Source: Octopus bimaculoides (Eukaryota). Taken from it: DNA of 64,000 nt. The notes beneath the pieces were generated by a model. It ran no database searches and had not been told where the DNA came from. It was given only the letters and a program-made list of their open reading frames with translations. The stretch is taken from positions 3,014,315 to 3,078,314 of the forward strand of contig NC_068993.1 in assembly GCF_001194135.2 (NCBI RefSeq), given 5' to 3'. Made by a program: the position numbers and the translations under genes. Positions 12,075 to 25,726 of the stretch are shown here, piece by piece (position 1 is the stretch's first letter; each line of letters begins with the position of its first letter).

Positions 12075-13449
12075 TGCGTATATTTGTGTATAGACATATG
12101 TATGTGTGTGTTGCGTGAGCATGTGTGTGTGTGTGTCTGTGCACACACCAGCATTAGATTGGCAGTGAACGAGAACTAATACAAGTGAGCAGCTAGAATG
12201 TATTTTATCAACCATCTCAGAAAATGTTTTTCAATGCTTTGCAAAGGTGATACTTTCTGACTCTTTAGCTTTCTGTGTTCTTTTTGTTTTGTCTTTTTTA
12301 TTTATCCATTTTTTTTCCACCACATCATTTTTACCTCTTCTTCTCTTTTATTTCCATTTTCTATTTTGCCGTTTCTCTCTCTCTCTCCCCCACCGCCTCC
12401 ACCACCACCGCCACATCCGCCAACGCTCCCCCACCTTTGCTTTCCTATTCAAACCAATGCCCTAAATTATTCCCGATACTTGTTTCCGAACCAACTTGTT
12501 ACTGACACCAACTCCTAAAGATAACATCTGATAACTTGTATCATTATCAATACTTTTTCTCTTCTTTTTTTTGGAGGATATTTTTCCCCCCTCTCTTTCT
12601 AATCTTTGTTGTTGATGTAAGTGTGTATTTATATGTGCATGCATATGGCTCTGCATATGAGTGCGTGTGGGTGTGCATATGTGTGTGTGTGTGTGTGTTC
12701 CTTCTTGCATGTTTTAATTTTTTTTTGGTTATTTGGTAATTTTTTTATTTTTCTTTTATTCGGTTCCTTTAGTATTTTTCCTCTGCATTTGGTCTGCGTA
12801 TGTGTCAGTGTATGTATGTGTGCATACGTGCATTTGTGTGAGTGCATGTTTATATATATATATATATATATTATGCATATACACATATATGTGTGTGTGT
12901 GTACACACATATGTATATATATACATACATATATATCAATATATCTATCTATATATCCATATATATCTACATATATCTATGTATATATATATATATATAT
13001 ATCTATACATATATCTATACATATACATGTGTGTGTATATATACACACTCATATATATACCCATACACACACATGTATGTCTGTATACACACACACACAC
13101 ACACATATGTCTCTCTATATATACACATTCTATTACTTTGATTTAGTTTTTACATTTTTATGTTGTTTTGTGTGAATATGTGCATGCCAGCACGTACGTG
13201 TGTGAGTGTGTGTTCAATGAAGTGTGTCATCTATGGATATCTTCAGGCAGCACTCAGCAATGGAAGAAGGAACACACACACACACACACACACATACACA
13301 TGTGCATTCACACACACACACACACATACTTGTACATACATACGTACACAATCACATAACAGATTAAAAAAGGAAAGGAACATCATCTGTATCGTTTTGT
13401 GTAATCATTTTCCAGAACCATTCCAAATGATTGGATTTGCTTTGAGTTA

Positions 13450-14640
13450 AATCCTTGTTTTCATCATTGTCGCCACCACCGCCACCACCGCCACCACATC
13501 CACCACCACNNNNNNNNNNNNACCACCACCACCACCACCACCACCGCCATTGCTATTTTCATCAATAACAACCTCTTTACCAGTAATAGTATGCTGGTTG
13601 TTGTTATTGTTGATGCTCTCTTCATTACCATCATCATCATCACCAACACCGTCACCATCGTTATCACCATCGCCATAACCATCATCATCATATCATCACC
13701 ACCACCCACCCCCACAACCACCACCACTATCATCATCACTATCACCACTACCGTCATCATCATTATCATCATCATGATCATCTCCACCATCGCCATTAGC
13801 ACCAGCAGCACTGCACCACCACCACCACCCCCATCACCATTTCCATCCTCGCCCACCATCACTGTCGTTCCCCTCCCCACCAACTTTTCTCATTGTGGTT
13901 GTTATGTTGGCAGGATATGTGACTGTTCCGAGGTTGACTTCGCCATTCAGTCTTCCGGTGTCAATGAAAGTATGTACCAGTCAAATACTGGGGTCGATGC
14001 AATTGACTTGCCCCACTCCACCCCACCCTGCCAGAAAACCTGCTGGCCCTGTGTCAAGGTTTGAAATTGTTATCTTCGATTCCTCCTCCTCCTCATCATC
14101 ATCATCATTTTCATCATTTTATTCATGACTATGAGCACCACTATGACTACCACCAACACTACTACTCCTAATGGTACAATGAACACTACCACCCCTACCA
14201 CAGACAGATCGNNNNNNNNNNNNNNNNNNNNNNNNNNNNNNNNNNNNNNNNNNNNNNNNNNNNNNNNNNNNNNNNNNNNNNNNNNNNNNNNNTCGATCAA
14301 CACCACCAATGCAAGGCTTTCCACTCCCATCATCCCCTTTACCCCAACCATTGCTGCTAAATCACTTCCCCCACCCCTCTTCCACACACACAACCACCAC
14401 TGCTATTGCATCACCAACTCACCATCGTCACCATTACCACCATCACCACCACTTCTGTCGCTGGCACCACCACCAACACCACCACTGCCTCCACCACCAT
14501 CACCACTGCTATGGTCACCATCACCATCCCCAACAACCTTAGCAGTCACCCCACCATCACCATCATTGCCACTACCTCCCCACCCTAAACCACTATCTCT
14601 ACCATCCCAGCCACCCCTACAAACCACCACCATCCCTTAA
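13450..14640. repeat. Mixed (CAC)n/(CAT)n trinucleotide low-complexity blocks with an embedded SINE fragment (~13925-14075)
   Basis: Direct reading. Comparable blocks occur at 21.2-21.75, 35.6-36.1, 42.35-43.0, 46.0-46.5 and 47.0-47.35 kb. Confidence 0.9.
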
Positions 14641-15914
14641 TTTATCTATGTATTACCATGTCATACCTTATAACTGAAATCATCCTCTGTTAACACTCTG
14701 CCCTTCCTGCACCCCCACCTCTCCCATTTGTCTGTTACTTTCTGTCCTTCTCTTACCATTAATATAATCCCAGTGTTAACAGAGATTATCATATGGGACC
14801 TAGATCATGGCTACACGTTCCGTATAATTGAAGCAAAGTAACTCTGTTATCAATGGTTTTGTTAAAGATTGTTGTTAGTTTCTTCTTTGAGATATTTCGA
14901 GATTGGTAAAGGGAATGATGGAAACCTTGCCTGCTGGAATAACAGGCAGGAAGACACTAAGATAAGTTTCGTATTTTGTAAGAATATCTTACATTTATGG
15001 TTTCACAAGTTCTAACCGATTGTCATGTGTATCAGTGTTTGCAGAATGTTAACTAATCTATAAAGTTGTGATAATATATGATCCATTATGATTTCCGTGT
15101 GTGGATCAGAAGGTGTTGATACAAGATTTTGTCGTTTACTTAAAGTAGTAACATGGAAATATAAGAATACTGCTTCATAAAAATCTCTTATTAAGTACAC
15201 TTCACGTCAAATGTACTCTAAATTTGACAAAATATTTGAAGAGCTATCTAGGAGTATATTATTCCATGTGGCTTTCACTTTCTAAGTTAGTAGTGATAAG
15301 AAAGTGATTTAGCTGGGGTTTCTTGAAGATTGAGCAGCTGTTTAGAAGCCCTTGCCTCATCTGTTTGTTGTAAGTGAAATAATTTATGAATTATCATATA
15401 GGATAATTTATGAATGTGTGTATATATATATATATGTATGTAGGTATGTGTAGAAGCAGGTGACCACTCAAATATGTATGTGTGAAGGTTTATACCTGCT
15501 CTCTTACTGAAAAGTCAACAAACTATAACTGAAGACTTTGTTACCATTCCGTTGTGAACAAACCTTTTACTGGGCATGTACTTTTGAAAATGTGTAGAAT
15601 AATAAATCCTTTTTCCTAAAAATTAGATATGGGTTTGTGACAAGACAGGCATCCAGCTGTAAAACAATGCCTCAAAATATATATGCTCATCTAACCCTTA
15701 CTAGCACAGAAAAACTGAAGTAAAAAAAAAAAAATGAATGAAACAAATGAGCCCTCTTATTTACCATGCTTTAGTGCCAAGGTATGCCATTTGCCACGAG
15801 ATCCCTATCTACCTCAGATCATCCATCAAAGTTTATTTGTAGATGGTTCATAGATATTTCATTTTTTTTGACATGTATTGTTTTAATTTTCTTTTTATGT
15901 TTTTCTGCATTTAG

Positions 15915-15968
15915 GTTTGCAAACTAAAGAACCCTTTGTAAATTCCCAAATTCCTAGAACATTAGCAG
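15915..15968 (+). CDS. Possible 54-nt phase 1-1 exon (LQTKEPFVNSQIPRTLA)
   Basis: Long polypyrimidine tract ending TTTTTCTGCATTTAG, CAG|GTAGAT donor, open symmetric frame with an in-frame stop just inside the intron. No homology recognised. Confidence 0.3.
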
Positions 15969-17707
15969 GTAGATAATCTATCACCTGCATCTTTTTGTCT
16001 TCAAAGTCAGCAAGTAGTTAAATATTTGTTCACAGCAGAAAAATTCCCTGGTTGGTGATATGATCAAAATCGTGAATCCTTAACAATTTTTTCAAACACC
16101 TTTGATAGAAATCATGGAACTTACATAGAAAAAGCTTTGCAAAACAATCACAAGTCTGGCTAAAAATGAGAGGAAGGGTGGGTTATGAAGTTTGGATTAT
16201 AAAGGGAACAAATGAGGCCAACTGGCTGAATGGTTAGAGGATCAGGTAGAATACTTTGTGGTACTTGTTTAGGATGTCATTGCTCTAAGTTCAAATCTCA
16301 TCAAAGTCAACTTCACCTTTTATCATTTTGGGGTCTAAAAAAACTGTACCAATCTATGGAAATGAATTGGTAGAACTGTAAGGAGACAATATCAGATTGG
16401 ATGTCATGGTGGGATTCTAACTAAAGCAAAGAAATGGGCTGTCTTTGGACAACAGATTAAATTTACCATTTAAATAGGTGAGATTCAAACAAAGAATATA
16501 AAGAGATGCAAACTTGGCTCTTTGAGTTTCTAAGTTCAAATCCTGCTTTGGTCCAACTAACTCGTGGTCTTAATCCATCTCCCACTTTAACACCACCACC
16601 TGGTCTTTGGATGCTTTTAGCAGGGCTCACTCTATTACAAGTATACATGTCGGGTGTCTAGCTTGGGGCTGCATTCCTTTCTTCTTTCAAACAGTTTCAG
16701 AACCCCTATAAACGGTCATGGCAACCATCTTCCCGTCCTCACTAAAACATAAAAAAGCATGAGCATCACCTTCCCATTTTAAACAACAATAAGGTGTTAT
16801 TTAGAGGTGTTTAGCTGTTATTTCTAGCTGCTTGAGTAAGCACATAGAGTCACTCATGGTTGTTGTGATTTTTATTGTTGTTGTTGAAGTCACATTTTTT
16901 ATTTTGTTTTTATTATTGTTCTTGTTGTTGTTTTATTTTAGCCCTGAGTCAGCTTTGATTGAGCAGGTCTGTGCTCAACAATATCAGTTATGAAATTTCC
17001 ACTTGAATCATTTCTGGTCTTTTCTCAGGCATAGTCAAAGACAGCAGTTTGCAATTTAAAAGGGGGATTTAGCTGCTATTTATTGCATAATAAGCAACAT
17101 TTGTAATGGTGCCAAGCTGGCAGCAGCAGTAGTAGAGTTAATAGTGGTGGATGTAGCCATGGTTGTGGCACTGACGGTAGTGATGATGGAACTGGTGGTG
17201 GTGGTGGTGGTAGTCTTCGTGGTGGCGGTGGGGCATTGAATGTCGGTAGATGACCTGTCAAAAGAGATGCAATTATATTGTAAGCAATACGCTTCCATTA
17301 ATGAATCACAGAAAAAGATTTGATAGAACTTCCCCCCCACCGACATCAAAAAAAGCACACACACACATACATACATATCCACATATACATGCATGTATCT
17401 ATACACACACACACACACATGAAAGAGAGAGGGGGGAAGAGGGTTGAGGAGGTGGATAGAGAATTAAAGGTTTCGTAATAGAAAGGTAGTCACATAATTA
17501 AATAAAAATAAAAGTGATGAAAGGAAAAGACTTGGTTTACTTCTTGAATGATGTCTAAGTGAATGAATTACTGCAACTTAACAATATATATATACACACA
17601 CATATACACTTATACATACATGCACATATATATATACATATATACATATATATATCACATAAATATATATGCATATATATATACATATATGTACATATAT
17701 ATGTATA

Positions 17708-17768
<61 letters not shown>

Positions 17769-17771
<3 letters not shown>

Positions 17772-18267
17772 TATATGGGTATAGGGCATCACAAAATGTA
17801 AGCAACATGAAATACGAAAACAAGGTTGGGTATGCAAACGAGAGAAACAAATGGAAAACAAGACAAGTAACATAAAGAACGACCCTTCATCAGTTGTCGG
17901 CTGTCCATCTATTCCTCATATCGAGCACTGAACGACAATATGAGACTTTGAAAGGCCTTGTATGGTCTAACGACCCTCCATGTTTGTTTTCATTCGATCT
18001 CCTCATATGTCCCCACTGTCCTGTTTTTGTTACCAACTCTGACCCTTTGCAATATCCAAAATTTTATTTTGTTTTTGCGGGAGCAAAAAGTCTCATATTG
18101 TCATTCAGTGCTCGAAATGAGGAATAAATGGACAGCTGACAACTGATGAAGGGTCGTTCTTTATGTTACTTGTCTTATTTTCCATTTGTTTCTCCTGTTT
18201 GCCTACCCAAACTTGTTCTTGTAATTCATGTTGTTTATGTTTTGTGATGTCCTGTACTCATATATGC
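17769..18267. mobile_element. MITE-like/foldback element with ~181-bp inverted arms embedded in (TA)n
   Basis: 17769-17949 is the reverse complement of 18087-18267 (for example ACATAAAGAACGACCCTTCATCAGTTGTC / GACAACTGATGAAGGGTCGTTCTTTATGT), with a 137-bp spacer. Confidence 0.85.
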
Positions 18268-18769
18268 ATATATATACATATGTATGTACATATATGTATG
18301 TATATACCCGTCTCCATATATTTCTTTCTCTCTCTCTCTTTTTCTCTCTCCTTCTTTCTCTCTCTCTATTTAATATATAGATATATAAGTATATATGACA
18401 TACATGTGTGTGTGTATGTGTGTGTATATATCCGTCTATATTTTTTCTTTCTCTCTTTATGTATGTATGTATGTATATATATNNNNNNNNNNNNNNNNNN
18501 NNNNNNNNNNNNNNNNNNNNNNNNNNNNNNNNNNNNNNNNNNNNNNNNNNNNNNNNNNNNNNNNNNNNNNNNNNNNNNNNNNNNNNNNNNNNTATATATA
18601 GGAATGAAGCAGGTATTATTGTATATAAATTTGAATGAAATACATAAACATTTGTATCTGTGTACAAATGTGCATACATATATATATATACATACACACA
18701 CACACACACACACATATATATCCATGTATGTATATATGTTCACACACACACATATGCATACACTGTGAG

Positions 18770-18816
<47 letters not shown>

Positions 18817-19194
18817 GAGGGCAAGGAAGAGAAAGAGGAGAATGCTAGGCAAATGGTTGTAGAATTTGTCTGACACAAAGGAATGGTTGTATTAATAAGG
18901 AACTGTTGAATGTGTCAGCTTGAGATTCAGTGAATTAGAGAAATATAGAATTTGGTTTGATAGAAATTTCGGTCACAGCTAAATTGTTATACATCAGAGA
19001 ACAAATAAATGTGGTGTTTATGTTCTGTAGGGATCAGGGCTGCTGTTTGGAGATTCCAACTGAGAACTGCATTCATATAACTCTACTTGCTTAATTCCAA
19101 GAATGAAAGCCAAATATATGAATAACAATGAAGTAGGCAGGCAGAGAGATAGGTAGGCAGGCAGATTGGTAGGCAGGTAGGTAGATAGGTAGGT

Positions 19195-19321
19195 AGGTGC
19201 TGGTGCCATGTAAAAAGCACCCAGTACATTCTGTTAAGGGGTTGGAATAAAGAAGGGCATCCAAGTGTAGAAAACCTATGCCGGATTCGAATAAGACATT
19301 AAATGAGGATTGTGATGATGA
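19195..19321 (+). mobile_element. RTE-type tail fragment directly upstream of a full SINE
   Basis: GCTGGTGCCATGTAAAAAGCACCCAGTACA...GAAGGGCATCCAAG...GACATTAAATGAGGATTGTGATGATG. Confidence 0.65.
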
Positions 19322-19710
19322 TGGCTGTGTGGTAAGAAGCTTGCTTCCCAACCACACGGTTCTGGGTTCAGTACCACTGTGTGCCACCTTGGGCAAGTGT
19401 CTTCTGCTATAGCCTCAGGCTGACCAAAGCCATGTGAGTGGATTTGGTAAATGGAAACTTAAAGAAGCCCATCGTATATATATATATGTATGTATGCATG
19501 TATATATTTGTGTCTGTGTCCCCCACCACCACCATCGCTTGACAACCGCTTGCGTCCCTGTAACTTAGCGGTTTGGCAAAAAAAAAGGGCCATAGAATAA
19601 GTACTAGACTTACAAACAATAAGTTCTGGGGGTCGATTTGTTCGAGTAAAGGCGGTGCTCCAGCATGGCCACAGTCAATTGACTGAAACAGGTAAAAAAA
19701 TTCTAAAAGA
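19322..19710 (+). mobile_element. Near full-length OR1/OR2-like tRNA-derived CORE SINE
   Basis: Head TGGCTGTGTGGTAAGAAGCTTGCTTCCCAACCACACGGTTCTGGGTTCAG, CORE-like CCTTGGGCAAGTGTCTT, internal (TA/TG)n, and 3' end GGCGGTGCTCCAGCATGGCCACAGTCAATTGACTGAAACA plus an A-rich tail. Confidence 0.85.
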
Positions 19711-20336
19711 ATTCATATATATATATGTTTATGTATAAATATATAGACATATATATATATGTGTGTGTGTGTATTTACACATAAGTGTATGTGTATGAGC
19801 CTAGAATGTAGATATCTACATGTTAGCACCACAAGATAGAAATAACACACTGTACTCTCCTTAAAAAAAGAAAGTAAGAACACATTAGACATTTAGTTCT
19901 AGATATAAAAGCAAAAAAATACTGGATATAACTAGTGGAATGTCTTTGATCATGCGACTGTTGAACAAGGTTTGACCTAGGGTTAAACAACAACAACATT
20001 TTATGTGATGGTTGTTCTCTTGTTCTCTCTCTCTCTCTTTGTATTCTATATAACAACCCACGACATTGCTATCAATACAGACATTAACAAGCTGTCGGTT
20101 GTAGAGAGTTGTTTGAGTCAGGTCAAAATTCCACCTTACTCCCTTGTAATGTTCATATTTATAAAATTTGTGGAACTACAGGTGATGCCATGTCGACATT
20201 TATGGAGGAATCTTGCGAAAGACAGCAGCCATGACATGAAATAAAATTTATAAAAGCAAATTGTTTACAGCTTTTCAAATCTACGCATTTACACAGAAAC
20301 AAACAGAGGTGCATGCACACATAAATACAAACATAC

Positions 20337-20393
<57 letters not shown>

Positions 20394-20396
20394 TAG

Positions 20397-20544
20397 TATA
20401 TATTTGTATGTATAGTTTATATATAAATGTGTATATCATCATCATCATCATCGTTTAATGCTAGCATGGAAAGCAGACGTTAAACGATGATGATGATGAT
20501 GATGATATACACATTTATATATAAGCTATACATACAAATATATA
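20397..20544. repeat. Near-perfect palindrome (arms of 62 and 65 bp, 21-nt spacer) made of an RTE tail plus its flank
   Basis: 20397-20458 vs 20480-20544: one substitution and one extra GAT unit. Spacer TGCTAGCATGGAAAGCAGACG. Confidence 0.9.
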
Positions 20545-20717
20545 TATATATATGTACACACATTTATATATAATCTTATATATACATATATATAATTATT
20601 TCTAAAATGTACATAAACATAACAAGGAAAATGTGCATATGCACACAAGAAGCATAAATATGTGTATATGCATATGTGTGTATGTAACATGCATATATAG
20701 AAATGCTCATAATTTTG

Positions 20718-20764
<47 letters not shown>

Positions 20765-21096
20765 TTATACATATGTACATATATGTATGTGTGTATATAT
20801 ATATGTATATATATTCATAAATATATATAAATATCTGTGTATATGTTTATATATATCTATATATATATATATATATATGCGCATATATATTCATAAATAT
20901 ATATAAATATATATCTGTGTATATGTTTATATATTTATATGCATATATACACACACAAACACGCACACACTCATACAGAGCACTGACAGACACATGGTTC
21001 CTGTTACAAGTGTGAAACTACAGCAAATACACACGCACACAGAGGAATGAGATAAGCTTGGTTCTATCTGCGGAAATTAGAGTTTGATAACATAAG

Positions 21097-21145
<49 letters not shown>

Positions 21146-21969
21146 CAGTTATCGTCACAGTGATTATTATTATTGCCTTTATCATTGTCATCTTTATCAC
21201 CTTTTATATCGTCAACACTTCCACGTGGTTGTTGACATTGATGTCACCATCAATGTCAACAACGCCAACATCATAAACATCAGCATTATCTTTGCAATCA
21301 AAACATTATCACCGTTTCCCATCTTTATTGCCGCCATCCTCACCACCATTGACTTATATTAAAACTTTCATCATCATAATCATTATCATTGTCAGCAGAA
21401 TACCAACTCCCACCACCACCACTACCACCGCTGCTGCCACCACCACCACCACCACCATCACTAGTAGCAATCTAAACATTGTTTGGTAAGGAAATTCTAT
21501 GATTGTCTTATATACCAAAGAATAAATTGCCTGAGAATATCATTGTCATCCTTGTCATCATCGCTATTATTATCACAACCATCTCAGTCATCAGCAGCAG
21601 CACCATCGCCACCGTTGTCATCATCATCATCGCCACCACCATCATCATCATCATCCTCATCACTATTGTTGACTGTTATAGATGTCTTTGAGATGAATCA
21701 GGGCATGACAATTTCAAGCCCCTACTCCCCACCACCACCACCCCACTGACCATTTCTCAGAGTAATTGCAAACTTATACTACGGTAATAGGTGAAACGTA
21801 GAATTTGTTTTGGTAAGACGTTGGTTTGTTATTTGAAAATTTGAGCAAAGCTGGGACAAACTGGCTCAAACTGGATAATCACACGATTATATTTCATGGA
21901 ATCCAATGACTCCTGTGGAATCATTACGTATATAAATGGCTTCATCATCATCGTTATCATCACCACCAT

Positions 21970-22230
21970 CATCATCATCATCATTTAAATCTGTTTTCCA
22001 TGCTGGCATGGCTTGGATGGTTTCAAAAGCTTGCTGGGCTTGCTGGGGAGCTGCACCAGGTGCCACTGTCTGTTTTGCCATGGTTCCTGTGGCTGAATGC
22101 CCTTCCTAAAGCCAACCATTTTACAGAGTGTGGACTGGGTGATTTTTACATGGGACCAGCACAGGTGTTGTATACATAGCACTAGCACAGGTACTTTTAA
22201 CCTGATGCTGGCACAGGTGCGCTTGTGAGA
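21970..22230 (-). mobile_element. RTE-type 3' UTR/tail copy
   Basis: (CAT)n TTTAAATCTGTTTTCCATGCTGGCATGG...GGCTGAATGCCCTTCCTAAAGCCAACCA. Confidence 0.7.
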
Positions 22231-22389
22231 TCAACTTAACCTACATTTTTCTTTTTCACCTTTAGCCCAAAGACTGATGAAATTGGTTACCCTGTTTCCA
22301 TAGCATTGAAGTGACCAAAGTCACAACAGTCCCCCCTGAAGTGGACACCAATCCATCACAGGACTCAAGATGAACAAGTTTTGAAGAGA

Positions 22390-22520
22390 GAGGACAAGCC
22401 AATTGCATCAACTTCTGTACTTCACTGGTACTTTATTTTATTGATTCTGAAAAGATGAAAGGCAAAGTTGAACCACAGCAGGATTTGAACTTAGAACATA
22501 GAGAGCCAGAGGAAATTCTC
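22390..22520 (-). mobile_element. tRNA-derived SINE fragment (second family)
   Basis: CTGGTACTTTATTTTATTGATTCTGAAAAGATGAAAGGCAAAGTTGAACC...GGATTTGAACTTAGAACAT, shared with 32.8, 51.75 and 56.1 kb. Confidence 0.7.
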
Positions 22521-22563
22521 TCAACTCACCACCGAAGCTGCATCTGATGGTATTTTAAACAAC

Positions 22564-22720
22564 TTTACAGAGAAGTTGAGGTTCTTTGTAGGCACTTGGC
22601 AGGGTTCTCCTTTTAGCCCCATCCTCTTCGCTCTGTTTTCTAAAGCCTTAATTCAAATATTCAGATTTGGTTGTCTTCGGGGCTCTTTTATATGTTAATG
22701 GCTTGATTCTCCTACAAGAG
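22564..22720 (+). pseudogene. Decayed non-LTR (RTE-like) reverse transcriptase fragment, motifs 4-5
   Basis: Translates FVGTWQGSPFSPILF, then after a frameshift ALLYVNGLILL, matching the RT pattern VG.HQGS.LSP.LF...LLYADDL.L. Confidence 0.65.
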
Positions 22721-22806
22721 TTTGTCAGAACTCCAATACATTTTGCCGAACCTGTCAATGAAGAAATTGCACACTCTCTCTCTCTTTCTCTCTCTTTCTC
22801 TCTCTT

Positions 22807-22861
<55 letters not shown>

Positions 22862-24079
22862 CGGTCTATCTGTTTGTCTATCTATGTCTAAATGCACATT
22901 ATACATTTAATATGAACATACATGTACACACTTGCACATACATATTTAATTACACACACATGCGCACGCAGATGTTGTCTTATGACCCCTTGAAACCTAT
23001 CGAAGTGTCCAACTCAAGCCACCATTGAAAAGGGTTATAAAATGGTAAAAGAAAGACGATTATAGATATGATATATCGAAGTAGTGTACAGCTCTAATAT
23101 CTGCTACTGTGCAAGTGTGTGCATGATTGCCCATACAAAAATGTGTTTGTGTATATAAATATTGTAGCGTGTATATATTTATATATCATGATAACATTTG
23201 AAGTGTATCTTCAAAGTGTGTATTTTCTGCATCATTTGCTCCCTATATATACAACCAAGATCATAGAATAATATCAAGGTTTCTTGGTTTTAAGTTTTAC
23301 TTAATGTTTTTGAATTTTATCTTAAACCCTTCCTCTCGTCAATAATTATATTTTTAAATTAATATCTTGCTAAGAATGCATAGGAGCATATATTTGCTTA
23401 TTGTAAGTCACACCTACATTCATATAAGATTTTCTATGTGCACATGCATATATATATATATATGCTTGCAGTGTGTTGTGACACACATGTACTCACACAT
23501 ATGCTCATAATTCATTTATCTGTACGAATAACACGTGTGAGAGAAAGAATTAAGAGAAACGGATTGAAAGAGAAGGATATAAAGATTATGAATAACTTTT
23601 TAAGGTGGATTTATATTACCTATTGGTTTCAATATAATAGCAAGAACATGTTTGTCATCTGCAGAAGTTATTGAATGGAGCCAACATGGACAAGCACACA
23701 CATATTTACACATATATATTGTTACTGGTTTAGCATGCACTTGTCCATGCTTTCATAGACCAAACAGAATTTATTGATGTAGATTTTCTATTGCATGTTC
23801 CCCTTCCTGTTGCCAACGATCACCTGTTTCCAAGCAAGGTAATATATCCCTATGACTTGACATGTTTTCAGGGCAGATTGGTATTGAAGGATGAAGGACA
23901 TTGCTTATGATAATGACTCTAATTTATAAACATCATGTGATGTCAAGACAAAAAGACAAATATGAAAATTATAATAAAAAGTATTAAAAAAATACTTTGC
24001 ACTCTGCATCTGTGTATAAAGTGATGTATTTGCATTTATGAGTCAATGTGAGAAACATTATTATTATTATTATTATTTG

Positions 24080-24700
24080 CCAGGGCAGCACAGCAGACTG
24101 ACAGAATAGTTACCATGCTGAACAAATTGCTTAGCAGCATTTCTTTCAGCTTCACATGCTGTGTTCAAATGGTTTTCAGATTGACTTTGTCTTTCGGAGT
24201 TGATAAAATAAATGACAGTTGAGTGCCGAGTGGGCACATCTGTGATACATCTCTCCAGCTTCCTGGGCATACTGCATGTTTCTAAACTATTATTAACTGA
24301 AGAAGAACTTTGAAGGTTATTTGAGGAAGGATTCTCCATGAAAGACCTCAGAGTAGAGGAATTAAAACTAACTCTGATAAAGTTTTGGTTCTGCTTTTGC
24401 TCCTGAGTCTCACATCACAATAAAATTTATAATTTGTCTGCAGAAATGCCGGGATGAATCAATGACAATACTGAGCAATCCTCTCTAAACCATAAAACAT
24501 GAGTGATTACTGGTATCCATCTATAAAAGCAACATCAACAATTTATTCATATACAGAACACTCACTGAAAGTAATAGAACAAAATGAATATCAGAATTAC
24601 AATAGATAACCATAGAAATCAACGTCCATGATAAGCTGAAATGGCTAACTGAGAAATGAAGTTTTTTCATAAATAAAACAAACCAAAAAACAACTTTGAA
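24080..24700 (-). pseudogene. Decayed hAT-family transposase fragment
   Basis: Successive frames give SHFSLSWTLISMVIY..DIHFV (cf. S.T.D.WTS...Y..T.HF), IVIDSSRHFCRQIINFIV (cf. VTDN...C.AH.LNL.V) and KLERCITDVPTRHST (cf. KL.QDV.TRWNST), in the expected order. Confidence 0.55.
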
Positions 24701-24876
24701 AAATTTCTTAAATGTTGGCATATTAAACCCAAGGACATGTATAATGTAAGATATAAGTATTTAGATTTTGATGTTCAAAAGGTAATTGAATATAAGGTAA
24801 GACATAGAAATAGAGAGTGATAGAGTAATAAGACTGCGAGAAAAAATATAGGTATAAATAGAAAAAGGTAACAAGA

Positions 24877-24909
<33 letters not shown>

Positions 24910-25343
24910 TGTGTGAGAGAGAGAGAGAGAGAGAGAGAATATATAATAAGAGGATAAAGAAATATGATCAGGAGCTAGAGGGGAGGGGGGGCTGAGAAAG
25001 AGGAACAGGAAGAGAGAGCAAAAAGTATTTTATGTCATATTTTTTGATTTTAGTACATTTCATGTNNNNNNNNNNNNNNNNNNNNNNNNNNNNNNNNNNN
25101 NNNNNNNNNNNNNNNNNNNNNNNNNNNNNNNNNNNNNNNNNNNNNNNNNNNNNNNNNNNNNNNNNNNNNNNNNNNNNNNNNNNNNNNNNNNNNNNNNNNN
25201 NNNNNNNNNNNNNNNNNNNNNNNNNNNNNNNNNNNNNNNNNNNNNNNNNNNNNNNNNNNNNNNNNNNNNNNNNNNNNNNNNNNNNNNNNNNNNNNNNNNN
25301 NNNNNNNNNNNNNNNNNNNNNNNNNNNNNNNNNNNNNNNNNNN

Positions 25344-25381
<38 letters not shown>

Positions 25382-25726
25382 TATATATATATTACCAGTC
25401 TAGGGAGAACAGCTGATCATATTTAAATAAAGTAAAGTGATATGATGTACAATATTCAAATAGAAAACGAGATTCCAGTTCCTTTTCTTATATTGATATA
25501 AAGAGAGGTCAGTTTATCAATAGTATGCAGTTCTCATGTGAAATATCTTTGAACATTTAGTTAATATTCAGTCTTTGATATAAAAATGCGGGTCAGGAAT
25601 GAGAAACTAAATATCTGTTTGATATATATAATACTTCAATAAACTTCCAAAAACGATTGAAGAATTTCAAAGTAATTTTGGTTATAATATTGCAGTATAT
25701 TCAGCCTATAGGAATGCAATGAAATT

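Noticed and set aside
9386-13450. Many long [12 protein letters not shown] ORFs (also at 17.5-18.9, 20.2-20.9, 45.0-45.5, 54.3-54.8 and 56.9-57.6 kb)
   Set aside because: Translations of (TA)n/(CA)n/(TG)n microsatellites, open in several frames only because the repeats lack stops.
13464-14640. Poly-Thr/His/Ile/Pro ORFs (also 21.1-21.75, 35.6-36.1, 42.2-43.1 and 46.0-46.5 kb)
   Set aside because: Degenerate (CAC/CAT)n triplet tracts that are open on both strands, with no splice or domain evidence.
16125-16159. 35-nt minus segment with strong acceptor and GTAAGT donor (similar cases at ~63398-63463 minus and 7799-7841 plus)
   Set aside because: Such short bounded segments are expected by chance in AT-rich DNA, and candidates on opposite strands conflict without transcript data.
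18100-18170. CTGATGAAGGG and TCGAAA motifs in the MITE arm as a hammerhead
   Set aside because: GAAA precedes CUGAUGA, and no stem III/NUH pairing can be built for a permuted hammerhead.
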